This document shows, piece after piece, positions 9,220-20,003 of a stretch of 64,000 bases of DNA (positions are counted from its first letter, which is position 1; every line of letters starts with the position of its first letter). A program made the translations under genes and the position numbers. This DNA is from an uncultured Acidobacteriota bacterium (GTDB lineage Bacteria; Acidobacteriota; Vicinamibacteria; Vicinamibacterales; 2-12-FULL-66-21), in the NCBI GenBank assembly GCA_963774855.1, contig CAVZGT010000012.1:1246-65245 (forward strand), read 5' to 3'. The notes beneath the pieces are model-generated. The model did not search any database. It saw only the letters and a program-made list of their open reading frames with translations, and was not told the DNA's origin.

Positions 9220-12047
9220 ATGTCAGCCCAGCCCGTTCGTTGGCGCGTCTTGTCGCGCGTCTACGCGATCGTCGGTGTGGCCCTCACGATTCTGACGTGT
9301 GCGTCGTCAGGCGCGTCCGCGCAGGAAACCGCGGATTGGCGGCGGGGCGTCGTCGTGGACGAATCAGGCGGGGTCATCGGCGAGGCGCGCGTGACGGTCA
9401 GAAGCGCCGGCGGTGCGATCCTTCGCGACGCGATCACGGCGGCGGATGGGACGTTCGCCGTCGGCCCACTGCCACCGGGATCGTACGTGCTCGATGTGAG
9501 CGCGCGCAGATTCGCCGGCCGCCGGATCGGCCTGGAGGTTGACCGGACCGGGGTGTCGGCCCTGCGTATCACACTCGGCCTGGCGCCCGTCCCAAGCGAG
9601 GTCACCGTGACCGCCGATCGCGGCGTTACTGCCGACATCGATCGGACACCGCCCATCGTTACCGTGCGCGACGCCAACGAATTCCGCAATCGTCCGCTCG
9701 CGACGCTGGGTAATGCGCTCGAAGGCGCGGCCGGCGTGATGGTGCAGCAGAGCACGTACGGCCAGGCGTCGCCGTTTCTCCGCGGTCTCACCGGCTACCA
9801 GGTCATCAACCTCATCGATGGCGTGCGCCTCAACAACACGACGTTCCGCTCGGGCCCCAACCAATATCTCGCGTTCGTCGACCCCAGTCAGAGTGAGCGC
9901 ATCGAGGCGATGCTCGGACCCGCGAGCGCGCAATTCGGCAGCGACGCGATGGGCGGTGCCATCCAGGTGCTCACACCTCACGCCGACTTTCAGACGACGC
10001 ACCGGCTGCGAACCGCGGGCGGCGCCAACCTGTTTGCCGGCAGTGCCGACGAGGCGCGTGGCGCCGACGCGACGATGTTCCTGCAGGGGCGGAACGTCTC
10101 GACCTTTGTTCGGCGGGTCATGGCGCGAGTTGGGCGATCTGCGTGCCGGCGAGGGCACCGATTCGCATCATGCGCTGCGGCGATTCTTCGGGCTCGATGA
10201 CGATCAAATCCAGGAGGTACTCGGCGACCGCCAGCTGGACACCGGTTTCACTCAACACGGTCTGCACGCGAAAGTGGCCGCGCGGCTCCGGTCCGACCAC
10301 AACCTCACTGCCTGGTATCAACGAAGCGAGCAGCAGCACGTGCGAGGGTACAAGGATCTCTGGGGCGGGCTCGGCCGCTTGCGATCGGACTTCGACCCGC
10401 AGGAGCTGCAGCTGTTTTACGGCAGGTACGAACGGCTCGGGCTTGGGCGCCTTGACTGGCTGAGCGGGACGTTCTCCGTCAATGCTCAACGAGACGGGTC
10501 CGTCCGGCAGAATCTTCGCCCAACCGACACGATCGTTCGGGACGACGTCGCGGTCGACGCGTTCGGCTACATGTTGCAGGGTGGGGCGCAGATCGGATCG
10601 CGCCAGACGCATGGTCTTCGGCGGCGAGGTCTACGACGAGCATGTGGATGCGCTGCGCGACGAGACCAATCCCGTGACCGGTGCGACGGTTCAAAAACGC
10701 GCGCTCTACCCCAATGGGTCGCGCTACGTCACCAGCGGCCTGTTCGTACAGGACGAAATCGATCTCCTGCGCGGCGATCGCGGCCGAGCTGTCATCGCTC
10801 GTCTCGGCGGCCGTTACACGCACGTTGGTGTTCGCACGGATGCCGATGCCAACATCACTGCCAGCGGCCAGAGCCTCGGAGTCGTGGACTCTGAGGAGAG
10901 CTATCACGATTGGACGTTCAACGCCGGGATCACCTGGTCGATCAACCACGTTCTGAGCGTCCAGGGTCTGGTGGGCCGCGGGTTCCGGGCGCCCAATCTC
11001 AACGACCTCGGCGCGCTCGGCCTGAACGATCTTGGGTACGAGATCCCCGCCTCTTCCGCGATCGATGCCGGGGGCTTGATCGGGACCAGCGATGGCGAGG
11101 GCGCCGCGTCCACGGGCCGTGCAGTCGGCACCCTCTCGTCCGAGCGTCTCCTCAACTACGAGCTGGGCGTCGCGCTCAACTGGGACAAGGTCTACGTGCG
11201 CGTCCAGGGTTTCGACGCCGAGTTACGCGATCCGATCGTTCGTCGCTCTTTGGTATTCCCGATCGATGCGCCACCCTCCACGCTGGCCGCCCTCGCGGTC
11301 GCGCCCATTCCGCCGACAGCGGCACAACGGGAGCAGGGCGTCGTGAGTGTTGCGACAGCGCTCGATTCCCGAGCGGTCAAGGCGTTCGTGAACGAGGGCC
11401 GCGCCCGGTACTACGGACTCGATACAGTGCTCCGCTATCGAGTCTCGACGCGTTGGGCTCTTGACGCGAATTACTCGTACCTCGTCGGCAACGACCTCGA
11501 CCCGACCCGTCCGGTTCGGCGGCTACCGCCGCCGCAGGGCTTCGTCTCGCTCCGATATCAACCCGGCGGCTTCGTGTCCTGGATCGAAGGCAGCGTCCAG
11601 TTTGCCGGCGCCCAGAGTGAGTTGAGCGGCGGCGACATCACCGACGAGCGGATCGGTGCCGCGCGGCGCAGAAGCGACATCGCGGACTTCTTTCGCGGCG
11701 GACGGATCAGGCCGTTCCTCGTCCCCGGGCCCGATGGACTCGTCGGCACGACCGACGACGTGTTCCAACCCACCGGGGAAACTCTGCCTCAGATGCTCGA
11801 TCGAGTCCTTCCCATTGGCGCCACCATCAACGGCGTCACGGTTGTCAACGACGGCACTCGCGTCCCGCTTTACACCCGCACGCCCGGGTTCGCGTCGGTC
11901 AACGTGCGCGCAGGTTTGCGCCTTACCGATTATCTGGACGTGACATTGGCGCTCATCAACGCGCTGGATCGCAATTACCGCGTGCACGGTTCCGGCGTCG
12001 ACGCCCCAGGCCGTAACGTGTTCGCCGCAGTGCGCCTGTCGTACTGA
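9220..12047 (+). CDS. TonB-dependent receptor with N-terminal carboxypeptidase-regulatory-like domain; frameshifts near 10110 and 10605
   Basis: Plug ([26 protein letters not shown]), [10 protein letters not shown]-terminal [13 protein letters not shown]; split over ORFs 9220, 9818 and 10482. Confidence 0.88.
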
Positions 12048-12068
12048 CATCGCGGCCAGCGCGACGAT

Positions 12069-13145
12069 GTGGAAGGGCTTCTGATGCGCGTCTCGAGCTC
12101 GACCCGGGCACTGGAGCGGGATGCGATCGATCGGCACGCCGATCGCGCCTCGGCGCCGCTCGCCATCGAAGTGCGCGGCATCCGCAAGCGCTACGGTGAT
12201 CGCGACGTGCTGGCCGATGTGAGCCTGCTGGTACGGCCAGGATGCCTTCATGGACTCCTCGGTCCGAACGGTGCAGGCAAGACCACGCTGATGCGCATCA
12301 TGCTCGGGTTGATCCAGCCGGACGCGGGCTCGGTCCGCCTGCTCGGCGCGCCCGTCCGCGCCACGACCGATCCGCTCGCCGAGGGTGTCGCCGGCTACGT
12401 CGACACGCCCGCCTTCTATCCGTATCTGTCCGGACGGCGGAACCTGTCGCTCCTCGCCCGTCTTGACGATGGCCCCTCGTCGGACCGTCGGGCACGCGTC
12501 GAACAGGCGCTCGAGCAGGTGGGTCTGAGCACGCGTGCCGACATCGCGGTCTCGGGGTACTCGGCGGGCATGCGCCAGCGGCTTGGCCTGGCGGCGGCAC
12601 TGCTGCGGTCGCCGAGAGTGCTGTTGCTCGACGAGCCGACCAGCTCTCTCGATCCAGGTGCCGCGCGCGACGTGCGCGCGCTCGTCAAAGGACTGGCCGA
12701 GCGGGGAGCGGCCGTGGTGCTGAGCAGCCATGACATGGCCGAGGTCGAGGAGCTCTGCGACGAGCTGACGGTCATCAATCACGGCCAGGTCGTGTATTCC
12801 GGCGGTGTCGAGGAGCTGCGGTTGCGCGCGCCGGCGGCGCTTTACGTGTTGCACACCAGCGACGACCCCGCCGCCCACGACCTGGGCTCGCGCCGGCGCG
12901 GCCTCAAGGTGCGGCCCTCGGATGCCGAAGAGGGAGGTCTCGAGCTTGCCGGCGATACCGACGCTCTGGACGCATACACGATTGCGCTTGGGCAGGCAGG
13001 GATCGCGCTCCGCTCGCTCGAGCGCCGCACCCGATCGTTGGAATCGCTGTTCCTCGAACTGACGGGTGACCGCGAGCGCGTCGCGTCCGCGGCCTCCGCT
13101 GCGGCGGCTCCAGGCGAAGGGGTACCGTCACGGAGCCTCGCATGA
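12069..13145 (+). CDS. ABC transporter ATP-binding protein (ABC-2/drug-export type)
   Basis: GPNGAGKTT, YSAGMRQ, LLLDEPT, SSH. Confidence 0.93.
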   Translation: MEGLLMRVSSSTRALERDAIDRHADRASAPLAIEVRGIRKRYGDRDVLADVSLLVRPGCLHGLLGPNGAGKTTLMRIMLGLIQPDAGSVRLLGAPVRATTDPLAEGVAGYVDTPAFYPYLSGRRNLSLLARLDDGPSSDRRARVEQALEQVGLSTRADIAVSGYSAGMRQRLGLAAALLRSPRVLLLDEPTSSLDPGAARDVRALVKGLAERGAAVVLSSHDMAEVEELCDELTVINHGQVVYSGGVEELRLRAPAALYVLHTSDDPAAHDLGSRRRGLKVRPSDAEEGGLELAGDTDALDAYTIALGQAGIALRSLERRTRSLESLFLELTGDRERVASAASAAAAPGEGVPSRSLA

Positions 13146-13960
13146 GCGCCCGCGGTGTGTTTGCGGTGATGGCTGTCGAGTGCTCGAAGTTGCTGGCGCA
13201 GTTCAAGGCCCAGGTGCTGCTGGCGATTTGCGTCATCGCCCCGTTCGCGTTCGCGATCTCGATGCGCGCTCAGAGCAGCCTGCCGACCGACACCTTGTTC
13301 GGCCGCGCCGCCAATGAGTCCGGCTTCGCGGTGTCACTGGTCGTGCTTGGATTCGCCGGGCTGTGGGCGTTCCCCGTGCTGACCGGCGTCGTCGGCGGAG
13401 ATGTGTTCTCGTCAGAGGATCGTTACGGTACCTGGGCGACCGTGCTCACACGGTCGCGGAGCCGCGCGGAGATTTTCGCGGGCAAGACGCTCACCGCCGT
13501 CGCCTTCTCGCTACTGGCAATCGCGCTGCTCGGCGCGAGCAGCATCGCCGCGGGTGTGCTGGTGATCGGCTACACGCCCCTCGTCGACCTGTCGGGCATC
13601 CTGCTCCAGCCCGACCAGGCATTGCCTCGCGTGGCGCTCGCGTGGACATCCGTTCTTCCGCCTGCGCTTGGATTCACGGCGCTGGGGATCCTGCTGTCGG
13701 TCGCGACGCGGAGCAGTGCCGCCGGCATCGGCCTTCCCGTGGTCATCGGTCTGCTGATGCAGTTGGTGGCCTTCGTCGACGGCCCGGAAGAAGGGCGGCG
13801 CCTGCTCCTCACCTATGCGTTCGGCGGCTGGCACGGTCTCCTGTTCCAGCCGGCCTTTCACGGCCCGTTGATCCATGGCACGGCGGTCAGCGTCATCTAT
13901 CTCATCGGCTGCCTGATGATCGCCTACCGTCTCCTGCAGAGACGAGAGATTGGACGGTAG
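13142..13960 (+). CDS. ABC-2 type transporter permease
   Basis: About 6 TM segments, SSEDRYGTW motif, ATGA overlap with the ATPase gene. Confidence 0.88.
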   Translation: MSARGVFAVMAVECSKLLAQFKAQVLLAICVIAPFAFAISMRAQSSLPTDTLFGRAANESGFAVSLVVLGFAGLWAFPVLTGVVGGDVFSSEDRYGTWATVLTRSRSRAEIFAGKTLTAVAFSLLAIALLGASSIAAGVLVIGYTPLVDLSGILLQPDQALPRVALAWTSVLPPALGFTALGILLSVATRSSAAGIGLPVVIGLLMQLVAFVDGPEEGRRLLLTYAFGGWHGLLFQPAFHGPLIHGTAVSVIYLIGCLMIAYRLLQRREIGR

Positions 13961-13963
13961 ACG

Positions 13964-14416
13964 ATGGATTGCACAGGAGCGAAACGCCTGATCGTGCGCG
14001 CAGTCCCGGCCGTCGCGGCTGCGCTGGCCGTCGGCGGCTGCAGCAGCTATTCGCCCATCACTCCGGCCCGGATCGAAAAGGCCATCGCCTCGACGTTTTC
14101 CAATCTCGTCGAGACGCAGGTGTCGTGGGTGGGGCTTCCGCGCATGACGGCGAGCGAGGTGGCGGCGTCTGCACACTGTCTCAAGCTGCCCACCGGCGGC
14201 CTGGGCGCCGGCGAGTGGGTGTGCACCGTTATCTGGATGGGTCCGCAAGGGCAGTCGGTGCGCGACGCCTACGATTTGTTCGTCAACACTGATGGCTGCT
14301 ACATGGCATCGCTCGCTGGCGAGAGCCTGGGCGGCCCCATTCTGAAGACCAAGGACGGCAAGAACGTCAGGAACCTGCTCTACGCGTTCGACGGCTGCTT
14401 CGATACGACGACCTGA
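13964..14416 (+). CDS. Hypothetical lipoprotein with 4 further Cys
   Basis: Lipobox-like AVGGC, C-terminal FDGCFDT; 3 bp after the permease stop. Confidence 0.75.
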   Translation: MDCTGAKRLIVRAVPAVAAALAVGGCSSYSPITPARIEKAIASTFSNLVETQVSWVGLPRMTASEVAASAHCLKLPTGGLGAGEWVCTVIWMGPQGQSVRDAYDLFVNTDGCYMASLAGESLGGPILKTKDGKNVRNLLYAFDGCFDTTT

Positions 14417-14599
14417 TCGCATAAGCGCACGCGAGACGCGCATCGCCGCGTTCCTCTCCCACTTTGCAGAAACGTTACGCAAACGATGCGCGACCGATCG
14501 GCGCGTTGTCATATCGCGCTGGTAGGCTGCGTCTCCTTGATCGCGCCGCGTTCAAGCGTGAGACGCGGCATGAGCGCGAGCGACTGGAGGGTGAACACG

Positions 14600-17500
14600 A
14601 TGACGAAACGATTCTTATTTCGCCTGGCGCTGCTGACCGTGCTGGGCTCGGCGAGCGTGCTCGCATTCTCGGTGCCGTCGTCATTCCGCGAGATTCAGGG
14701 ACACGGCGCCGATCACGGCAACGATCGCCAGCGGCACGACGACGACCGCGGAGACAATGGCAATCACAACGGCTGGTTCCGCGGGGCCGCGCGTGTGCCC
14801 AGCGGCCAGTACATCACGCCGACGGCGATCGACGACGCGGTGCAGACGCATCTGAACCCGCAACTGCCGGCGTACCCGGATTTCGTCGCCGGCATGGCGG
14901 TGCGCTCGCGTCTCAGTCCGGACGGCAAGACGCTCGCGATCCTCACCGCCGGCCAGAACTCTCTCTACAAGCCGGATGGCACGGTCGATGTCGCGAACTC
15001 GACGCAGTACATCTTCCTCTACAACGTGAGCCGGCGGTCCCATCCGTCGCTGAAGCAGGTCATCAAGCAGGTGAACTCGCACGTCGGCCTCGCGTTCTCT
15101 CCCGACGGCAACACGCTCTACGCCGCCGGCGGCAACGACGATGCGGTGTACGTGTACACGAAGAGCGGCGACAGCTTCACTCCCGCGCCGCCGATTGCCC
15201 TCGGACACTATCCGCCGGGCTCGACCGGCAACGCGCGGAACCGCGGCGTGGGGATCAGCGTGCAGCCCAACGCCAGCGGTCTCGACGTCTCCGCCGACGG
15301 CCGCACGCTGGTCGTCGCCAACAACTACAACGATTCGATCAGCGTGATCGACACCGCGACGCGCACGGTTCGTTACGAGCACGACCTGCGGCCGTACTTC
15401 GCGAACAACGAAGGGCAGCAGGGCGGCTCGGCGGCACGTTCCCGTTTGGCGTCGCGATCAAGGGGAACGACACGGCCTACGTCTCATCGGATCGCGATCG
15501 CCAGGTCGTGGTCGTCGACGTGTCGTCGCCGACCGCAGGGCGCCTGATCAGACGCATTCAGCTCGACGGCAACGCGCTCGGGATGACGCTCGACGAGTCG
15601 CAGGCCAGGCTCTACGTGGCGCAGGACAATGCCGACCAGGTCGCGGTGATCAACACCCACACCAACCGGGTGGTGGCGAAGATCGATGCGCGCGCGCCGG
15701 ACGGCATGCTGCCGCGCGCACCGCAAGTACACGGGCGCGTCGACCTCGGCGGTGACGATCTCGCCCGACGGCGACACGCTCTATGCCGTCAACAGCGGCT
15801 CGAACTCGATCGCGGTCATCCCGCTGAGAGGCCGGAACGCCTACGAGGTGAGCGGCCTGATTCCCACCGCCTTCGAGCCGCACGACATCACGTTCAGCCG
15901 CGGATGGCTCGTGGATGTACATCATCAACGGCAAGAGCGTCACCGGGCCGAATCCGGGTCACCTGGCGAGCGCCACGGACGCAGATCACCCACATCCAGT
16001 ATCCCGGCGGCAATGCGGCGGCGGACGCGGCCTCGCGCGCGTCGAACCAGTACCAGTTCCAGCTGGAGCGCGCATCGCTCGTCAGCGCTCCGCGTTCCGG
16101 ACCGGCACGATCTCGACAAGCTCACCGAGCAGGTCGCGCGCAACAACTTCTACACGACCGAGACCAGCGAGCGCGACGAGCGCGTCATGCGCTTCCTCAA
16201 CAAGAACATCAAGCACGTCATCTACGTCGTGAAGGAGAACCGGACGTTCGACCAGATGCTCGGCGACCTGACCAACGGCGCAAAAGTCGACCCGAGCCTG
16301 GTCCAGTTCGGCGAGGCCCTCACGCCGAACTACCACAAGCTCGCCACGGAGTTCGTGACGCTCGACAACTTCATGAACCCCGGCGACGGCAGCATGGACG
16401 GCTGGTCGTGGACGATGCAAGGGCGCGTGACGAAGACGGAGACGATCACGCAGCAGATCAACTATGCCGCCGTGAACCGCGGTCTCTCCTATGAGTCGGA
16501 GGGCTCCAATCGCGGCGCGCCGGTCAACTGGACCACCGTGGCCGAGCGCGACGCGGCCCAGGGCCTTGCGGGCACGACCAACTACAGCACGCGCTCGGCG
16601 ACCCTGCCTGGCGGCACGGCGAACCTGTTGACCGGAGCGCGCAACCACGCGTCGACCGACGCGCCGTTCGGCATGGAGGACGGATACATCTTCAACGCGG
16701 TGCTGAACGCCGGCAAGACCGTCCGCAACTACGGCTTCCTCGTCAACAACATCGGCAGTCGCGGCACGATCGCGGCGCCCGTGAGGGATCCGTTCCAGGC
16801 CGGGATCATCCAGGTGGCGCCGCTCGATCCGGCGCTGGCGCCCTTCACCGACGTCTACTTCCGCGGCTACGACCAGGTCTACCCGGACCTGTGGCGCTAC
16901 AACGAGTGGAAGCGTGAGTTCGATCAGTTCGTCGCCAGCGGGAAGCTGCCCAACCTGTCGCTGGTGCGCATCAGCCACGACCACATGGGCAGCTTCGGCA
17001 CCGCGCTCGGCGGCGTGAACACGCCGGAAACGCAGCAGGCCGACTGCGACCTCGCGCTTGGTCTGATGATCGAGGCGGTGGCGAACAGCCCGTTCGCCGA
17101 GAACACGCTGATCGTCGCGATCGAAGACGACGTGCAGGATGGCCCGGACCACGTGGACTCGCATCGCGGGACGATCTTCTTCGCCGGTCCGTACGTGAAG
17201 CAGGGCGGAGTGGTCGTGAACACCCGCTACAGCCAGGTCAACCTGCTTCGCACCATCGAGGACATCCTCGGCACGGAGCACATCAACCTGAACACCGCGT
17301 TCGCGCGGCCGATGGCCGACGTCTTCGATATCCGGTCGTCCGGAGAGTGGACCTACCTCGCCGAAGCCTCGACGGTGCTCGCGACGACCAGTGTGGCCAA
17401 CCAGACCAATCCCGGTGTGCGCTATGCCAAAGGTCCGATGATCAAGCCGAAGCACGACGCGGCCTACTGGGACAGGGTCACCACCGAGTTCGACTTCTCC

Positions 17501-17638
17501 GAAGCCGATCAGGTGCCGGTGGCCCAGTTCAATCGCCTGCTGTGGGCCGGCCTCAAGGGCGACACGCCGTATCCGGCGCTGCGTGGACGCCTGAGGAACG
17601 ATCTGCCGCCGCATCTCGCCTGGATTCAGTGGCGGTAA
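14600..17638 (+). CDS. Secreted YVTN/YncE beta-propeller plus phosphoesterase (alkaline phosphatase superfamily) fusion; about 5 frameshifts
   Basis: Repeated SPDGxTLY propeller blades; IKHVIYVVKENRTFDQMLGD and EDDVQDGPDHVDSHR; segments alternate between ORFs 14486, 14464, 15686 and 15915. Confidence 0.85.
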
Positions 17639-17681
17639 TCGGCGCGTAAGCGGGGCGGCACGCTGTCATCTGGCGGGTCAG

Positions 17682-17717
17682 GCCAAGGGCGGACGGTCGA
17701 ATCCGTCCGCTCTTGGC
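17682..17717. terminator. Stem-loop after the phosphoesterase gene
   Basis: GCCAAGGGCGGACGG-TCGAAT-CCGTCCGCTCTTGGC, 15-bp stem with one G-U pair; no U tract. Confidence 0.55.
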
Positions 17718-17721
17718 ATCG

Positions 17722-17820
17722 TATCAGCTGATCCGACAGCCGATGCCGATCGTCGATCGGCAGTTCGAGATCGAGTTCCTCGATGCCGGCGTGGAGACGC
17801 TCGCCTTCACGTTCGGCTGA
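17722..17820 (+). pseudogene. Orphan C-terminal fragment of a DipZ-like thioredoxin-family protein
   Basis: YQLIRQPMPIVDRQFEIEFLDAGVETLAFTFG* matches the characteristic DipZ-type C-terminus (FTFG*). Confidence 0.75.
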
Positions 17821-17875
17821 CGCGTCGCCAGGTCAGTCGCAGCTCATCGGCATCGAGTTGGAGCAGGTCGCGAAG

Positions 17876-18911
17876 CTACTTGAGCGGCACGAAGGCCAGG
17901 CCGTTGTTCGGATTCATCGGAATCACCAGCTGATTTGCGCCGGCGTCGTAACACATCGAGGCGGCGCTCGGAATGTTCTGAGCGATGAGCTCCGCCGGCT
18001 GTCCCGGGCGCATCCGAGAGACGCCACCGTTCTGCACGCTGCTCACGTACTTCGTCCCGTCAGGCATGATCACGAGGCCATCGCTGCCGGTCTGCGCCGC
18101 GCGCTCGGTCGTGAGCAGCTTGCCTTCTCTCGAGAACGTCAGGATCTCGTCGGTGCCCATGTTGGCCACCACGACGTTGCCTTTGGGGTCGAGCGCGACA
18201 CCGTTGGGCTGCCGCAGCGGCGCACCCTGAACGAAGATGGAGGCCACGCCCTCGGGCGTAATCTTCCAGACTTGCCAGGTCGACGCATCGGGAGTCTGCC
18301 CGCCGACGCCCGTCTGCGTCGCGTAAATGGTCCCGTCGTCCGCGACTTCGATATCGTTGAACCACGGAGACTTGTCGACTCGAACCTCGCCAGCGGGCAG
18401 GCCGGTCTTCAGATTGAAACGACGCACCACAGCCACACTCGGGTCATTCGGGCCCGTACCGCCATCGCGATCCGCCAGGTACAGCACACCGTTCGCGATG
18501 TCGCTGCCGTACGGCTCGTTGAGGACGAGGGGTGGCGTCAGCGAGGCGCGGCCGCCGGGATTCTGTACGCCAATCCATCGCGCGGTGTGGACCGAGCCGT
18601 CATGGTTGATGAACGAGACCCAGGAGTCGTTCGTCTGGACGTTCTGGGTGACGCCCCGGTTCGGCACCACGATGACGCCTCGCTCCGGATCGTACCGAGC
18701 AGCTCTCCGCCGAGAAGATGGCGCCGTAGATCTTGACGTTCGACGAGATCGGGTTGAACCCGCCGCTCGGGGCCGGGGTCACGGGCATACCCACGGGATT
18801 GCCGACGGCGAAGGGCTGCGGGCCTTGCGGCTGCGGCTGCGCGAGGAGCGCTCCGACGCCGAGTCCCGTCACCATCGCCGCGCTCCCGGCCAGCAGTGTC
18901 ATTCGTGTCAT
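17876..18911 (-). CDS. SMP-30/gluconolactonase-like secreted beta-propeller; frameshift near 18700
   Basis: Signal peptide in ORF 18600..18938; FNDIEVADDGTIY, PNGVALD, DGLVIMPDG. Confidence 0.8.
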
Positions 18912-19111
18912 CGGCTTGTCTCCTCTTTCCATCACCAAGTGTCTCCACCTGCGATACCCGGCACATGTTAACGCAAGGATCTTCGCCCTGCATCCGCTTG
19001 CTCCCGCCGAGGCCGCCCGGCATAATCGGGGTTCCGCCTGCTGCGTCCGCGGCCCGCGCAGGGCCTGCTCTGGTCGTATAAGGGGCGTATAAGGATCGAA
19101 GAAGGAGTGCT

Positions 19112-19813
19112 ATGTCAGACATCCGCGCGCGCCGCTTACCCGCCGTCACTCTGTCGCGCTGCAGACGTGCATGGCTTTGCGGGTTGTTGATCCTCGCGAC
19201 ACCGCCGGTCTCGCTCCCTGCGACGCCCGGTCGACAGCAGAAGGCGATCGTGATTGACGACTTCGAATCCGGTACGCTGGCCGGCTGGAAGATCGACCGC
19301 AGCGGTGCCGGAGGCTGGTACGCTTATACGAGCGGCAAGACTCCGCCGAACCCCTCCGAGAGCGACCCCAACATCCCGTTCGCGGTCCCGGACGCGCCTC
19401 AAGGCAAGTTTGCCGCAGTGACCGACATGAACGGTCCGGGACGACGCATTCTCTATCGCGATGTCAAGCTGGATGGCCGCTACACGCTGCGCCTGACTGT
19501 CTTTTACGTCAATGCCGGCCCGCTCGGCAGCCCCAACACCCTGGACTACGAGAGCGCCGACGAGAATCAGCAGTTCCGCATCGACATCGTCGCGCCGTCC
19601 GCGCCGGTTGATTCTCTGGCGGCCGCGCATGTGCTGGCGAACGTCTTCCGAACCGCCCCCGGCGATGCAGACCGCCGGGAGCCGTCCGCCGTGACGGTCG
19701 ATCTCTCGAAGTGGGAGGGACAGACCGTGCGGCTTCGCCTCGCAAGTGTGGACAATCGCGGTCCGTTGCGGGCGGGCGTGGACGACATCCGCCTCGAAGC
19801 GGCTGGAAAATAG
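19112..19813 (+). CDS. Hypothetical secreted beta-sandwich protein
   Basis: Signal-like N-terminus, DDFESG, VDLSKWEGQTVRLRL, VDDIRL; AGGAG RBS. Confidence 0.7.
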   Translation: MSDIRARRLPAVTLSRCRRAWLCGLLILATPPVSLPATPGRQQKAIVIDDFESGTLAGWKIDRSGAGGWYAYTSGKTPPNPSESDPNIPFAVPDAPQGKFAAVTDMNGPGRRILYRDVKLDGRYTLRLTVFYVNAGPLGSPNTLDYESADENQQFRIDIVAPSAPVDSLAAAHVLANVFRTAPGDADRREPSAVTVDLSKWEGQTVRLRLASVDNRGPLRAGVDDIRLEAAGK

Positions 19814-20003
19814 AGCGCTGCGCCTTCTTGCGTGGGTCGCTCCGCCTGTCGCGGAAACACACGAGCCTGAGAAGTGTCAGCCGCGAATGGGCTGAGCTAG
19901 GTCTTGTCGATGGCTATGGTAGGCTCGTTACGCTTGCATGGCTCACCTGCCTGCGAGCAGCCGCGCTGAGCCTCAGGCAGTCAATCCCACAGGAGGTGTC
20001 TCG

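Noticed and set aside
16082-17614. Long antisense ORFs (also 11523-12878, 37780-39414, 58226-59668 and others)
   Set aside because: Shadow frames of real high-GC genes with no recognisable motifs
17833-17874. Minus-strand peptide FATCSNSMPMSCD* as another gene tail
   Set aside because: Too short and no family recognised
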